Shown: piece by piece, positions 10,284 through 18,558 of the stretch | How positions within the stretch are numbered: position 1 is the first letter of the stretch | Layout of the letters: each line of letters begins with the position of its first letter | Program-made: the position numbers and the translations under genes | Assembly (NCBI GenBank): GCA_032128375.1 | Contig: JAQBGU010000135.1 | Location: forward strand, 32,128-96,127 | DNA from: Deltaproteobacteria bacterium | Lineage (GTDB): Bacteria > Myxococcota_A > UBA9160 > SMWR01 | Direction of reading: 5' to 3' | Length of the DNA stretch: 64,000 nucleotides | The notes under the pieces: model-generated | The model's database searches: none | What the model was told of the DNA's origin: nothing | Seen by the model: the letters and a program-made list of their open reading frames with translations, nothing else

Positions 10284-10521
10284 CGCGCGATTCGGGGCCC
10301 GCCGGCGGCGTCTCGGAATCGTCTGGCTTGGCTCCGAATCCGAACAGCGTCTTGATCTTGTTCCAATAGATATTCACGGTGACGATGATTCCCGCCATGG
10401 CCGCCACCAATGCCTGCAGCAGGAAGCTGCCTGCACCGGGATCGACGTACGAAAGCAGCGGCCCGTGAACAAACGACGCGGGCTCCAGCGTCATCAGGGT
10501 CGTGGACACCCACCCAATCAT
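10276..10521 (-). CDS. Small single-TM protein with YVDPGAGS motif (81 aa)
   Basis: GGAGG RBS upstream of ATG 10521; YVDPGAGSFLLQALVAAMAGII..YWNKIK; stop overlaps the start of the NoeA-like gene. Not listed separately in the ORF track (C-terminal part of ORF 10276..11052). Confidence 0.8.
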   Translation of the reverse strand: MIGWVSTTLMTLEPASFVHGPLLSYVDPGAGSFLLQALVAAMAGIIVTVNIYWNKIKTLFGFGAKPDDSETPPAGPESRDE

Positions 10522-10545
10522 CGTGCGCCTCCATATGCCTTGCAG

Positions 10546-10584
10546 GACTGGAATGCCTGACTGGAATGCCGGACTGGAACGCCG
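10546..10584. repeat. Tandem repeat, 13 nt x3 (GACTGGAATGCCT / GACTGGAATGCCG / GACTGGAACGCCG)
   Basis: Read directly from the sequence. Confidence 0.9.
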
Positions 10585-10745
10585 GGCCCAATCATGACAC
10601 TCCATCCCCCGCCCCACCAGCAACCAGCGGTACCCCCGACCGATCGCCTGAGCCCGATCGCGGTCGATTGCAGCGAGAATCGCTGCAGAACTCGAGCCGG
10701 AGCTGGAGTCGGAACCCGGCATGGCTATCGTGACGGTCGAGCGAG

Positions 10746-13049
10746 ATGACGAAGAGCGCGGATCGGACAGGGCAGGGGTCGCGCATCGGCGCGATGGTGG
10801 GATTGTTCGCGGCGGCCATCGCTGTTCGCGCGCTACCAGCGCCGACTGTTCTGCTCGGCGATCGCGTTCAGCCGTTTGGCGGCGACGCGTTCTACCACCT
10901 GCGCCGAATCGCGTATTCGATCGAGCAATTCCCTCATGTACTCGAATTCGATCGCTACGTGAACTTCCCGACAGGCGCGATTGCGATCTGGACACCGGTT
11001 TTCGACTGGCTGATCGCCGCGCTGGCGATCTGCCTCCGAGCCGAGCCGGCATCCCTCGAGATGGAACGAATCGCGGTCTGGGTTCCGCCGGTTCTTGGAG
11101 CAGCGACCGTCGTGGTGCTGTATCGACTGGCGGCGCGCACCTTTGGCGAGCCGATCGGGCGCACGGCTGGTGCGCTTTTGTGCATCAGTTCCGCGCACTT
11201 CTGGTACTCGCAGATCGGCTTCGTCGACCATCACGTTGCGGTCGCGCTCGTCACTACGCTGCTGCTGGGTCGCGCGATCGCGTACCTGGACGCGCAGTCG
11301 GAACCTGCCCCGGCATGGCCGTTGGGGCTCGCGCTCGGCGCAGCATTGTGGATCTGGCCCGGTACGCTACTTCACGTCGGCATCATCGAAGCCGCACTGC
11401 TGATCGCGCTCTTGACGGAGGCCGACGCATCCGCGGCCGCTGCACGGCGTTTCACAAACGTGCAGTGCATTGCACTGCTGTTGATGCTGCCCTCCGGTGT
11501 CACAAACAGCTGGCCGCAATGGGGGGCCTTCAGCCCGGTCGTGCTCTCACTGTTTCAGCCCTGGCTATTCGCCACATTGACACTGTTTGGGTTCGGGTGC
11601 AGCGCACTGTGGCTCCACACGCGGCTCGGCGCGTCCGTCGGGAGGCGCGCACTCAGCGCTGCAGCAATCGGCTTCACATTGTTGCTGTGTAGCCTTCTTG
11701 CGATTCCAGAATTGTGGATCGGTGCGCACGATGCGTGGCAGTGGTTCGGAAAGACGGAGGTTTTTCAGGCCCTCGTCAGTGAATCATTGCCTCTGTTGGA
11801 GCTCGATGGCGATTTCAGCACCCAGGTGGCCTCGAGTCGCCTGTCCTACTTCGTATTTCTGTCTCCGATCGCGCTGCTCTGGGCGGCGACCAGCGCCTGG
11901 CGAGGAGAACGTGAGCGCGGACGATTGTTGCTGGTCGGCTGGACCGCGGTGCTGCTGGCCGCGACGCTGTGGCAGAAGCGCTTCTTCAATACCTCCTCGG
12001 TCGGCCTGGCTCTGCTGATGGCATGGACACTAGCCGGCGTACATCGCGCATGGACCGCGCGAGCGGGTGGCCACTCGCGGCTCGCGAGCGCGGTCGTCGT
12101 ATCTGTCACCGCGCTGCTGTTGCTTCCGAGCGTCGCGAGTTTTCGCGGCTTCCTGCCGAACTGGCGCGGCGACGGTACGATCGCAGGTTCTCGCCTGCAA
12201 CTCGCGCAGAATGTCGCGATTGCGACTTCGGAATATCTGCGTCGAGAAACCCCGACGACTTCCGGATGGCTGGACGCCGATGCTTGGCCCGAGTATTCCG
12301 TGATGGGTCCGTGGCCGATCGGGCACGTGATCGAATACGTCGGACGCCGACCGACAGTGACTGACGGATTCGGCGACGACCTGGGGCCCGAGAACTTCGA
12401 ACGAGCGGCACGTTACTATGCTGCTGAAGAGCCAGAGGCACTCGCGATCGCAGAACGACTCGGTGTTCGGTATGTAATCGCGCAGCGCAGCGCAACTTTT
12501 CTGGGGAGAGAACCCGGCGCCGCCAGTATGCTGACCGCTTTGTTTGTTCGCGATGGGTCTGAGAGGCCGCTCCCTTCGACCCGAGATGCCGGCGCTATTG
12601 CACCACCTTCGCCGACGACCTTCCCGGCACTGCATCGCCACCGGCTCATCTACGAATCCGCGCCTCCCGGAGAACGGAGTCCCGAGCGCGAGTCGTTGTT
12701 CAAGCTGTTCGAGATCGTGGTTGGGGCCGAGATCGTGGGTCGCGCGACGCCTGGTGGGCGTGTAAGCGCCGCTGTGGAGCTGAAGACGAATCGGAAACGC
12801 GATTATCTCTATTTCACGAGCACGACTGTTCGGGAAGATGGCGGCTACACGCTACGCCTCCCGTATGCCAATGGAGGGCCAAACAAGCGCGGTGTCGTCG
12901 GGGTAGGCATGCATTACACGATCGCGTGTGGGGATGCGAAGCGTCCCATCGGCGTGACGGAGCGCGACGTTCAGTCCGGAGCGAAGCTCCGCGTACCGGA
13001 ACTGGACTGTCAGTCAGGAATGAAAAAGAGCGATGCTTGGACGCAATAA
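10746..13049 (+). CDS. STT3-family oligosaccharyltransferase, archaeal AglB-like
   Basis: GGDAFYHLRRI, FDRYVNFPTG, GFVDHH, LVSE, QKRF motifs; many TM; periplasmic domain SVMGPWPIGH..RRP and a beta-rich C-terminus. Confidence 0.85.
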   Translation: MTKSADRTGQGSRIGAMVGLFAAAIAVRALPAPTVLLGDRVQPFGGDAFYHLRRIAYSIEQFPHVLEFDRYVNFPTGAIAIWTPVFDWLIAALAICLRAEPASLEMERIAVWVPPVLGAATVVVLYRLAARTFGEPIGRTAGALLCISSAHFWYSQIGFVDHHVAVALVTTLLLGRAIAYLDAQSEPAPAWPLGLALGAALWIWPGTLLHVGIIEAALLIALLTEADASAAAARRFTNVQCIALLLMLPSGVTNSWPQWGAFSPVVLSLFQPWLFATLTLFGFGCSALWLHTRLGASVGRRALSAAAIGFTLLLCSLLAIPELWIGAHDAWQWFGKTEVFQALVSESLPLLELDGDFSTQVASSRLSYFVFLSPIALLWAATSAWRGERERGRLLLVGWTAVLLAATLWQKRFFNTSSVGLALLMAWTLAGVHRAWTARAGGHSRLASAVVVSVTALLLLPSVASFRGFLPNWRGDGTIAGSRLQLAQNVAIATSEYLRRETPTTSGWLDADAWPEYSVMGPWPIGHVIEYVGRRPTVTDGFGDDLGPENFERAARYYAAEEPEALAIAERLGVRYVIAQRSATFLGREPGAASMLTALFVRDGSERPLPSTRDAGAIAPPSPTTFPALHRHRLIYESAPPGERSPERESLFKLFEIVVGAEIVGRATPGGRVSAAVELKTNRKRDYLYFTSTTVREDGGYTLRLPYANGGPNKRGVVGVGMHYTIACGDAKRPIGVTERDVQSGAKLRVPELDCQSGMKKSDAWTQ

Positions 13050-13282
13050 ACAGATTTCGGCTGGCAGCGATCAGATCGATCAACAAGGTCAGGCGTCGAC
13101 GCAAGCCTTGCGTCGCGAGCCGCCCCAACGAGTGGTTCGTCGGGATTGACCAGCGGATCCATCGAGTTGGCTGCGCAGATGCCGCTGGCTGCGCTCGCGG
13201 CCAAGTTCCAACTCGGGCAACCCGATGTAGTAAAATCACCACGAAGATGAAGTGGTGATCCTGGCGTGGGTGATTTTCTCCT

Positions 13283-13379
13283 GCTCCACGACAAGAGCAA
13301 ACCCGGCGAGAGCCGGGGACGCAAAGCCAGTGCCCAGCCTCGGGAATCCGAGTCGGGTCGAACGGCTGCCGAAAGGAGT
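13283..13379 (+). promoter_or_regulatory. GEMM-I (c-di-GMP-I class) riboswitch, A20 variant predicted to sense 3',3'-cGAMP
   Basis: GCAAACC-CGGC-GAGA-GCCG-GGGACGCAAAGCC...GGCTGCCG matches the GEMM-I core; GNRA loop; P1 CTCC/GGAG; lies directly 5' of a CDS. Confidence 0.88.
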
Positions 13380-13384
13380 TGTGC

Positions 13385-14002
13385 ATGACCGCTCCCCGTC
13401 GACTGACAACCGCTTTCCTCGTCGCGGCGATCTCCGTGGCTTCCTGTGGTGCCACGCCTTTCGCTGAACTGGCGAGTACGAGCGAGAATCCTCCGCTCGG
13501 TTATTCGCCATCCGCGCTCAGCGGGGACGCGCTCGCTGCGTCTCGTGTGTTGGGAGGGCTGAACACCGGGTTGCTTCCCGATGAAGTCGCGAGGCTCGGC
13601 GTCGCAATCGTCATGGAGTCGCGACGAGCTGGGATTCCGATGGAGTTGGTGCTGGCGCTGATCCAGGTCGAAAGTAGTGGCAACGCCTTCGCGGTGTCCG
13701 GTGTCGGCGCGATCGGGCTCATGCAGCTTCGCCCGAGCACGGCCGAGGAAGTCGCTGGCCGACTCGGAATCCGCTGGATGGGCGCTGCAACATTGTTCGA
13801 GCCGGTGACGAACGTTCGGCTGGGCGTCGAGTATCTCCGCCAATTGATCGAGCACTACGACAGCGTTTCGATCGCACTCGCCGCCTACAACTGGGGGCCG
13901 GGAACGATCGGGAAGAGGCTGCGGCTGGGCGAAGCGATCCCGGCCGGCTACTCGGATAAAGTCATGGCAAAATATCGCCGACCCCTGCACCGCGCGATCT
14001 AG
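13385..14002 (+). CDS. Lytic transglycosylase (SLT domain), exported/lipoprotein
   Basis: ALIQVESS (catalytic Glu), GAIGLMQL, NVRLG..YL, ALAAYNWG; RBS AGGAG at 13374-13378. Confidence 0.93.
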   Translation: MTAPRRLTTAFLVAAISVASCGATPFAELASTSENPPLGYSPSALSGDALAASRVLGGLNTGLLPDEVARLGVAIVMESRRAGIPMELVLALIQVESSGNAFAVSGVGAIGLMQLRPSTAEEVAGRLGIRWMGAATLFEPVTNVRLGVEYLRQLIEHYDSVSIALAAYNWGPGTIGKRLRLGEAIPAGYSDKVMAKYRRPLHRAI

Positions 14003-14063
14003 GGCGAGTTCATTGGCGCGTGTTCGGGCTGTCGGCGCAGACTCCTGGCTCGGGCGGCTCCGA

Positions 14064-14645
14064 TCAGGAAGCGTCCGTCACGATCACGCTGATACGTGAG
14101 TCTCCCTTCGTACCTGAGATGTTGACTGTCACCTTGCGGGAGTCTTTGAGCCCGGCGAGCCCTAGCTGGCCGCCAAAACTTTCCTCTTCTGCGATCGCCC
14201 AACCCTGCTCTGCGAGCTTGGTCTGATAGAACTCGTAGATATCCTGCTGGGAATCCATCGTCTTGAACGTGACCATGCTGCCTTCAGCACCTGCCGACAT
14301 CGCCGCCATCGGCTCGGCTCCCGGATACAGCGGGATATCGGTCGGAAATGAACGCGGTACCTTCGCATCCTCCCCGATACTGGCCTCGAATGCATTGCCT
14401 TGCCCATCTGTCCCAGAGAAGCGAACCGGGTTGCCTTCGGCGTCGCGCTGATCGACCGTCACATTATTGGGAATGTCGGGCGGGGGTACCTTCTTCGCAG
14501 GCACAGCAGCGGGCTCTTTTGCCGCTGTCGCTGCCGGCGCCTGTGTCGGCGCGGGTGCCTCGTCGCTTCCGCACGCAACGAAGAAGAGAAATGACGCCGC
14601 GATGACCAGTAGTGCGCAGCGCGCATGAAGCGTTTTTGCGAACAT
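14064..14645 (-). CDS. Hypothetical lipoprotein
   Basis: Lipobox FVAC-G, Pro/Ala linker, C-terminal domain FP.DIPLYPGA..EFYQTKL..GW. Confidence 0.75.
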   Translation of the reverse strand: MFAKTLHARCALLVIAASFLFFVACGSDEAPAPTQAPAATAAKEPAAVPAKKVPPPDIPNNVTVDQRDAEGNPVRFSGTDGQGNAFEASIGEDAKVPRSFPTDIPLYPGAEPMAAMSAGAEGSMVTFKTMDSQQDIYEFYQTKLAEQGWAIAEEESFGGQLGLAGLKDSRKVTVNISGTKGDSRISVIVTDAS

Positions 14646-14850
14646 GCTGTTTTCGTACCCCCGGTTGCTGAGTTCGGCAGATCCTACATCGGAGCGACTC
14701 AATTGAGTAGCTCTGAGTTTGCTCGCTTGGCTGTGCTTCTCAGGCACCTTTTGCGCCTGTTTGGTCCGGCGTTAGACTCCCGCCAACCCGGCACGGTTCA
14801 ACCGTCCATCCACCCGCGATTATCGACTTCAGAACAAGGACTCGAATACT

Positions 14851-15564
14851 GTGTATACCCGATCCATTCGTTCGATGGCTGTCCCCGTCGCCTGCTGTGC
14901 GTTCGGCATCATGCTGATCGCTTGCCAACTGCCACAGGCTGCCTTTGCGGCCCCGCCGGCGACAAACGCCGTTCCACAGACAGACCCCGAGAAGGTCCTT
15001 TACATACTCGGCATTATGTTGGGGAACTCACTCGAGCAGTTCAAGCTGACGGAAAAGGAATTGGAATGGGTGCAGCGCGGTACCGCCGACCAGGTGATGG
15101 GACGGGATGCCGTGGTGAACCCGGATGAGTATCAGAGCCAGTTCAAGCAGTTCGTTCAAGAACGCACTCAAAGCTCGGCCGAACTCGACGCCGACGCCGT
15201 CGCATTTCTCGAGAAGCAGTCGAGCATTGACGGCGCCGTTGTGTCGGAGTCGGGACTGATCATGCAGGAAATGGTCGCGGGCGCGGGCGCTTCACCCACA
15301 GCGACCGATTCCGTTTCGGTTCACTACCACGGCACGCTGGTAGACGGGACCGTGTTCGACAGCTCTGTCGAGCGCGGCGAGCCGGCGCGCTTTCCGCTCA
15401 ACCGGGTGATTCCGTGTTGGACCGAAGGGGTGGCGAAGATGAAGGTCGGGGGAAAGAGCCGCCTGATCTGCCCGCCGCAGATCGCGTACGGCGCGCGCGG
15501 CGCCGGCAAGATCCCGCCGAACGCGCCGATCGTGTTCGAAGTGGAATTGCTCGAGATCGAATAG
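14851..15564 (+). CDS. FKBP-type peptidyl-prolyl cis-trans isomerase (FkpA/Mip-like)
   Basis: SESGL, VHYHGTL.DGTVFDSS, VIPCWTEG, AYGARG, IPPN..FEVELL; N-terminal dimerisation region. Confidence 0.95.
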   Translation: MYTRSIRSMAVPVACCAFGIMLIACQLPQAAFAAPPATNAVPQTDPEKVLYILGIMLGNSLEQFKLTEKELEWVQRGTADQVMGRDAVVNPDEYQSQFKQFVQERTQSSAELDADAVAFLEKQSSIDGAVVSESGLIMQEMVAGAGASPTATDSVSVHYHGTLVDGTVFDSSVERGEPARFPLNRVIPCWTEGVAKMKVGGKSRLICPPQIAYGARGAGKIPPNAPIVFEVELLEIE

Positions 15565-15604
15565 CGCTCCATCGCTCTCGCTCGAGACCTTCCGCAAAAC
15601 CCCT

Positions 15605-16714
15605 CTACTGCAGCTTGGTCACGTCGATCTGGTAGAGTTCGCTGACGTTGCCCGACAGGATTCGCTCTGCTTGTTGGTCGGTCAGGTGGTCCTTGTGCTC
15701 GGCCAGCACCTCTTGAGACCAGGGCCAGGTAGAGTCGCTGTGCGGTAAATCGTTCGCCCACATCAGCCGTTCCGAGTTCATGAGCCCCGCGATCCGGAAC
15801 GCCACCCAGTCGTCTTGAAACGTCACATAGATGTTCTCTCGGAAATACTCCGATGGCAGCTTCGACAGTTCCTGACCCGGTGGCAGCCAATTGCGATGGC
15901 GCTTGAACGCGTGATCCATGCGGTACATGTAATGCGGTACCCAGCCAGCGTCCGCCTCGACGCAGACGATCTTCAATTCGGGGTTGCGCTCGAACACCCC
16001 GCCGAGCACCAGCGTGCCCATGATGTCCTGGCAGCCACGCACGATGGAGAGGAAGCCGTTCATCTTGGGCCCGCGGGTCTTTGCATCCGGCATCGTCAAG
16101 ATATGGAACGAAAGTGGAAGTCCGAGTTCGATGGCCCGCTGCCAGAACGGGTCATAGATCGGTGAGTCGTAGTCGTCGATTGCCGGTACGCCCGGCATCA
16201 TTACGCCGCGCAGCCCTTGCTTCGCGATTGCCTCCAGCTCCGTGATGCCGTCTTCGACCGAGCGCATCGAGACCTGGCCGACGCCGAGCAGTCTTTCGGT
16301 GTGGGTCGCGCAGTAGTCAACGATCCAGCGATTGTAAGCTTCGAAGCAGGCTTTCTTGAAATCGAAGTCAGTATGATTGCAAATCAACATCCCGACGGTC
16401 GGATAGATGACCTCGGCGTTCACACCGTCGCGTTGCTGGTCCGCCAGCCGCGCAGAAGGATCCCAGCCGCTTCTGTGCATATCGGCGAATCGTTTGCCGA
16501 GCACCGTGATTTCCTCGGGCGGGACCCCGGCCGCCGCCACCAGCCCCATGGGTATGGGCCGCTTCATGCCCGGGATGATGTATAGGCTGCCGGCTTTCTC
16601 GTCTTCGATCATGTGGGGTGCCTTGTCGCGCCACTTCGGATCGATGTAGTCGATATACGCGTTGCCGGGTTCGGTGATATGCGAATCCGCAGAGATGATC
16701 GGATAGCTACTCAT
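15605..16714 (-). CDS. Amidohydrolase family protein (amidohydro_2 type)
   Basis: ISADSHITEP, LSFHI, EADAGW, WANDLPH.D; RBS AGAAGG upstream of ATG 16714. Confidence 0.9.
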   Translation of the reverse strand: MSSYPIISADSHITEPGNAYIDYIDPKWRDKAPHMIEDEKAGSLYIIPGMKRPIPMGLVAAAGVPPEEITVLGKRFADMHRSGWDPSARLADQQRDGVNAEVIYPTVGMLICNHTDFDFKKACFEAYNRWIVDYCATHTERLLGVGQVSMRSVEDGITELEAIAKQGLRGVMMPGVPAIDDYDSPIYDPFWQRAIELGLPLSFHILTMPDAKTRGPKMNGFLSIVRGCQDIMGTLVLGGVFERNPELKIVCVEADAGWVPHYMYRMDHAFKRHRNWLPPGQELSKLPSEYFRENIYVTFQDDWVAFRIAGLMNSERLMWANDLPHSDSTWPWSQEVLAEHKDHLTDQQAERILSGNVSELYQIDVTKLQ

Positions 16715-16731
16715 GGGCCTTCTTCTCCATG

Positions 16732-16770
16732 CCTTGCGACGAAACCTTTCGACGAAACCCTTCGACGAAA
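16732..16770. repeat. Tandem repeat, 13 nt x3 (CCTTGCGACGAAA / CCTTTCGACGAAA / CCCTTCGACGAAA)
   Basis: Read directly; unit contains the quasi-palindrome TTTCG-A-CGAAA. Confidence 0.9.
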
Positions 16771-16773
16771 AAA

Positions 16774-18462
16774 TCAAGCGATTGTTCCCCCGCGAAGCAG
16801 TCGACCGGGAAGCTCACCGTCTGGATCGACACAGTCCTTCCCGTGTTCCCGTATCGCTGTTCCGTTGACGATGACGGCATCGATGCCGATCGCGTCGGAG
16901 ATCAGACGGTCCGCGCCGCCCGGCTGGTCGTGGACTCGGCGCAGTGGCGAACAATCGACGGTGTCGAGGTCGAAGATCACCACATCTGCAGAGAGCCCCT
17001 GCGCGAGTCGGCCGCGACCGGTCAGGCCGAAGACTTCGGCCGATCGAGAGGTGAGCAACCGAATCGCTTCCTCGACGCGCAGCGTGCCCGAATCGCGCAC
17101 CCAGTGCGCAAGCAGATGCGTGGGGGCACACGCATCGCAGAGCTGGCTCATGTGTGCGCCCGCATCGGACAGCCCGAGCATCACCGCGCGGTGAGTCAGC
17201 AGTTCGGCGACGATTGCGGGTGCAGTATTCGCGACCGCGATGCGAAAGCGCGCTTCGAGATGGGTCTGGAGCCCGAGATCCAACGCGAGATCTGCCGGGT
17301 GCACGCCGCGTTCGGCCGCGACTTCTTCGACGTTTCGCTCGGCCAGGCTGGGCTCGCCCGGGCAGTCAGCAATCACCGTGTCCGACCACCGGCCAGCAAT
17401 ATTGCCCGCGCTCTCGCCGCGGTCGCGCAACGCGCGACGGAATTCAGGGTCGGCGTAGATGCGCTTCTTGCCTTCGAAATCCGCCTGCGACACGGGCTTG
17501 AACATCGACATGCTCTCGAATGGAAACGGCGCCTTCCACTGGAATTCGAACATCAGCGGCCGCGGCGTGACCTGCGGGTAGATCTCGATTCCCTCGTCCT
17601 GGAGCTTCGCACACGCCTCGAGGACGCCGCGATGTCCTTCTGGGCCGAACATGCCACCGAGTAGTGCGGTCCATGAGATGGGTCGTCCGGTCGATTTGAA
17701 GATCTCTGTGAACTCGCCGAGGAACAACCCGCGCCCGAGCGTCGCCTGCATCGTGCCGTGACCGACCTCGCGCATGCATCCAGCGAGTCGTTGAATTTCG
17801 CTCAGCGCCGCCGCTCTACTGGGTACCGGTCGGCCTTCGTATCCCACATGGGTGGGAGCCCAGGAGGTCGCGAACCCGATGGCGCCTGCCCGCATCGCGT
17901 CTGCGACAATCGCCTCCATCTGCGCGACTTCGTCTTCGGTTGCTTCGCGCTCGGTTGCTTCTTCGCCCATCACGTACATGCGTACCGGCGTGTGTCCCAC
18001 GAGTGCACCGACGTTGATCGCGCTTCCGCGGTGTTCGATGGCGTCGAGGTACTCGGGAAAGCTCTCGAACGGCCATTGTTCTCCCAACCCCTCCCACAAG
18101 GCCGCGAGGTTCATACCCTCGACGTTCTCGAGCGTGCGCAGGATCAGGTCACGATGGGCGGCGCGCGTCGGTGCAACGCCGAACCCGCAGTTGCCCATCA
18201 CGACCGACGTGACGCCGTGCCACGGCGAAATCGTGAGCATGCGGTCCCAGAAGATCTGTGCGTCGTAGTGGGTGTGGATATCGACAAAGCCGGGCGCGAC
18301 GACGCGTCCGCCCGCGTCGATCGTCCGGCTCGCTGTGCCGAGCGATTCGCCGATCGCCGCGATGCGTCCATCTCGGATCCCGAGGTCCCCGGTCGACGCC
18401 GGGGCGCCGGATCCGTCTACCAGGGTTCCGCCGCGAATGAGCAGGTCGAACTGTTCGGACAT
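16774..18462 (-). CDS. N-acyl-D-amino-acid deacylase family amidohydrolase
   Basis: PGFVDIHTHYD, GNCGFG, SDAGAH, G..ADVVIFD. Confidence 0.92.
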   Translation of the reverse strand: MSEQFDLLIRGGTLVDGSGAPASTGDLGIRDGRIAAIGESLGTASRTIDAGGRVVAPGFVDIHTHYDAQIFWDRMLTISPWHGVTSVVMGNCGFGVAPTRAAHRDLILRTLENVEGMNLAALWEGLGEQWPFESFPEYLDAIEHRGSAINVGALVGHTPVRMYVMGEEATEREATEDEVAQMEAIVADAMRAGAIGFATSWAPTHVGYEGRPVPSRAAALSEIQRLAGCMREVGHGTMQATLGRGLFLGEFTEIFKSTGRPISWTALLGGMFGPEGHRGVLEACAKLQDEGIEIYPQVTPRPLMFEFQWKAPFPFESMSMFKPVSQADFEGKKRIYADPEFRRALRDRGESAGNIAGRWSDTVIADCPGEPSLAERNVEEVAAERGVHPADLALDLGLQTHLEARFRIAVANTAPAIVAELLTHRAVMLGLSDAGAHMSQLCDACAPTHLLAHWVRDSGTLRVEEAIRLLTSRSAEVFGLTGRGRLAQGLSADVVIFDLDTVDCSPLRRVHDQPGGADRLISDAIGIDAVIVNGTAIREHGKDCVDPDGELPGRLLRGGTIA

Positions 18463-18558
18463 CGAGGTTGCCTCGCTGGGATACGAATCGGATCGTCGGA
18501 TCCCATCATACCAGCTGCGCCAGCCGTGCGTTGCGCAACCGTGACTCGCAGCCGCTCG

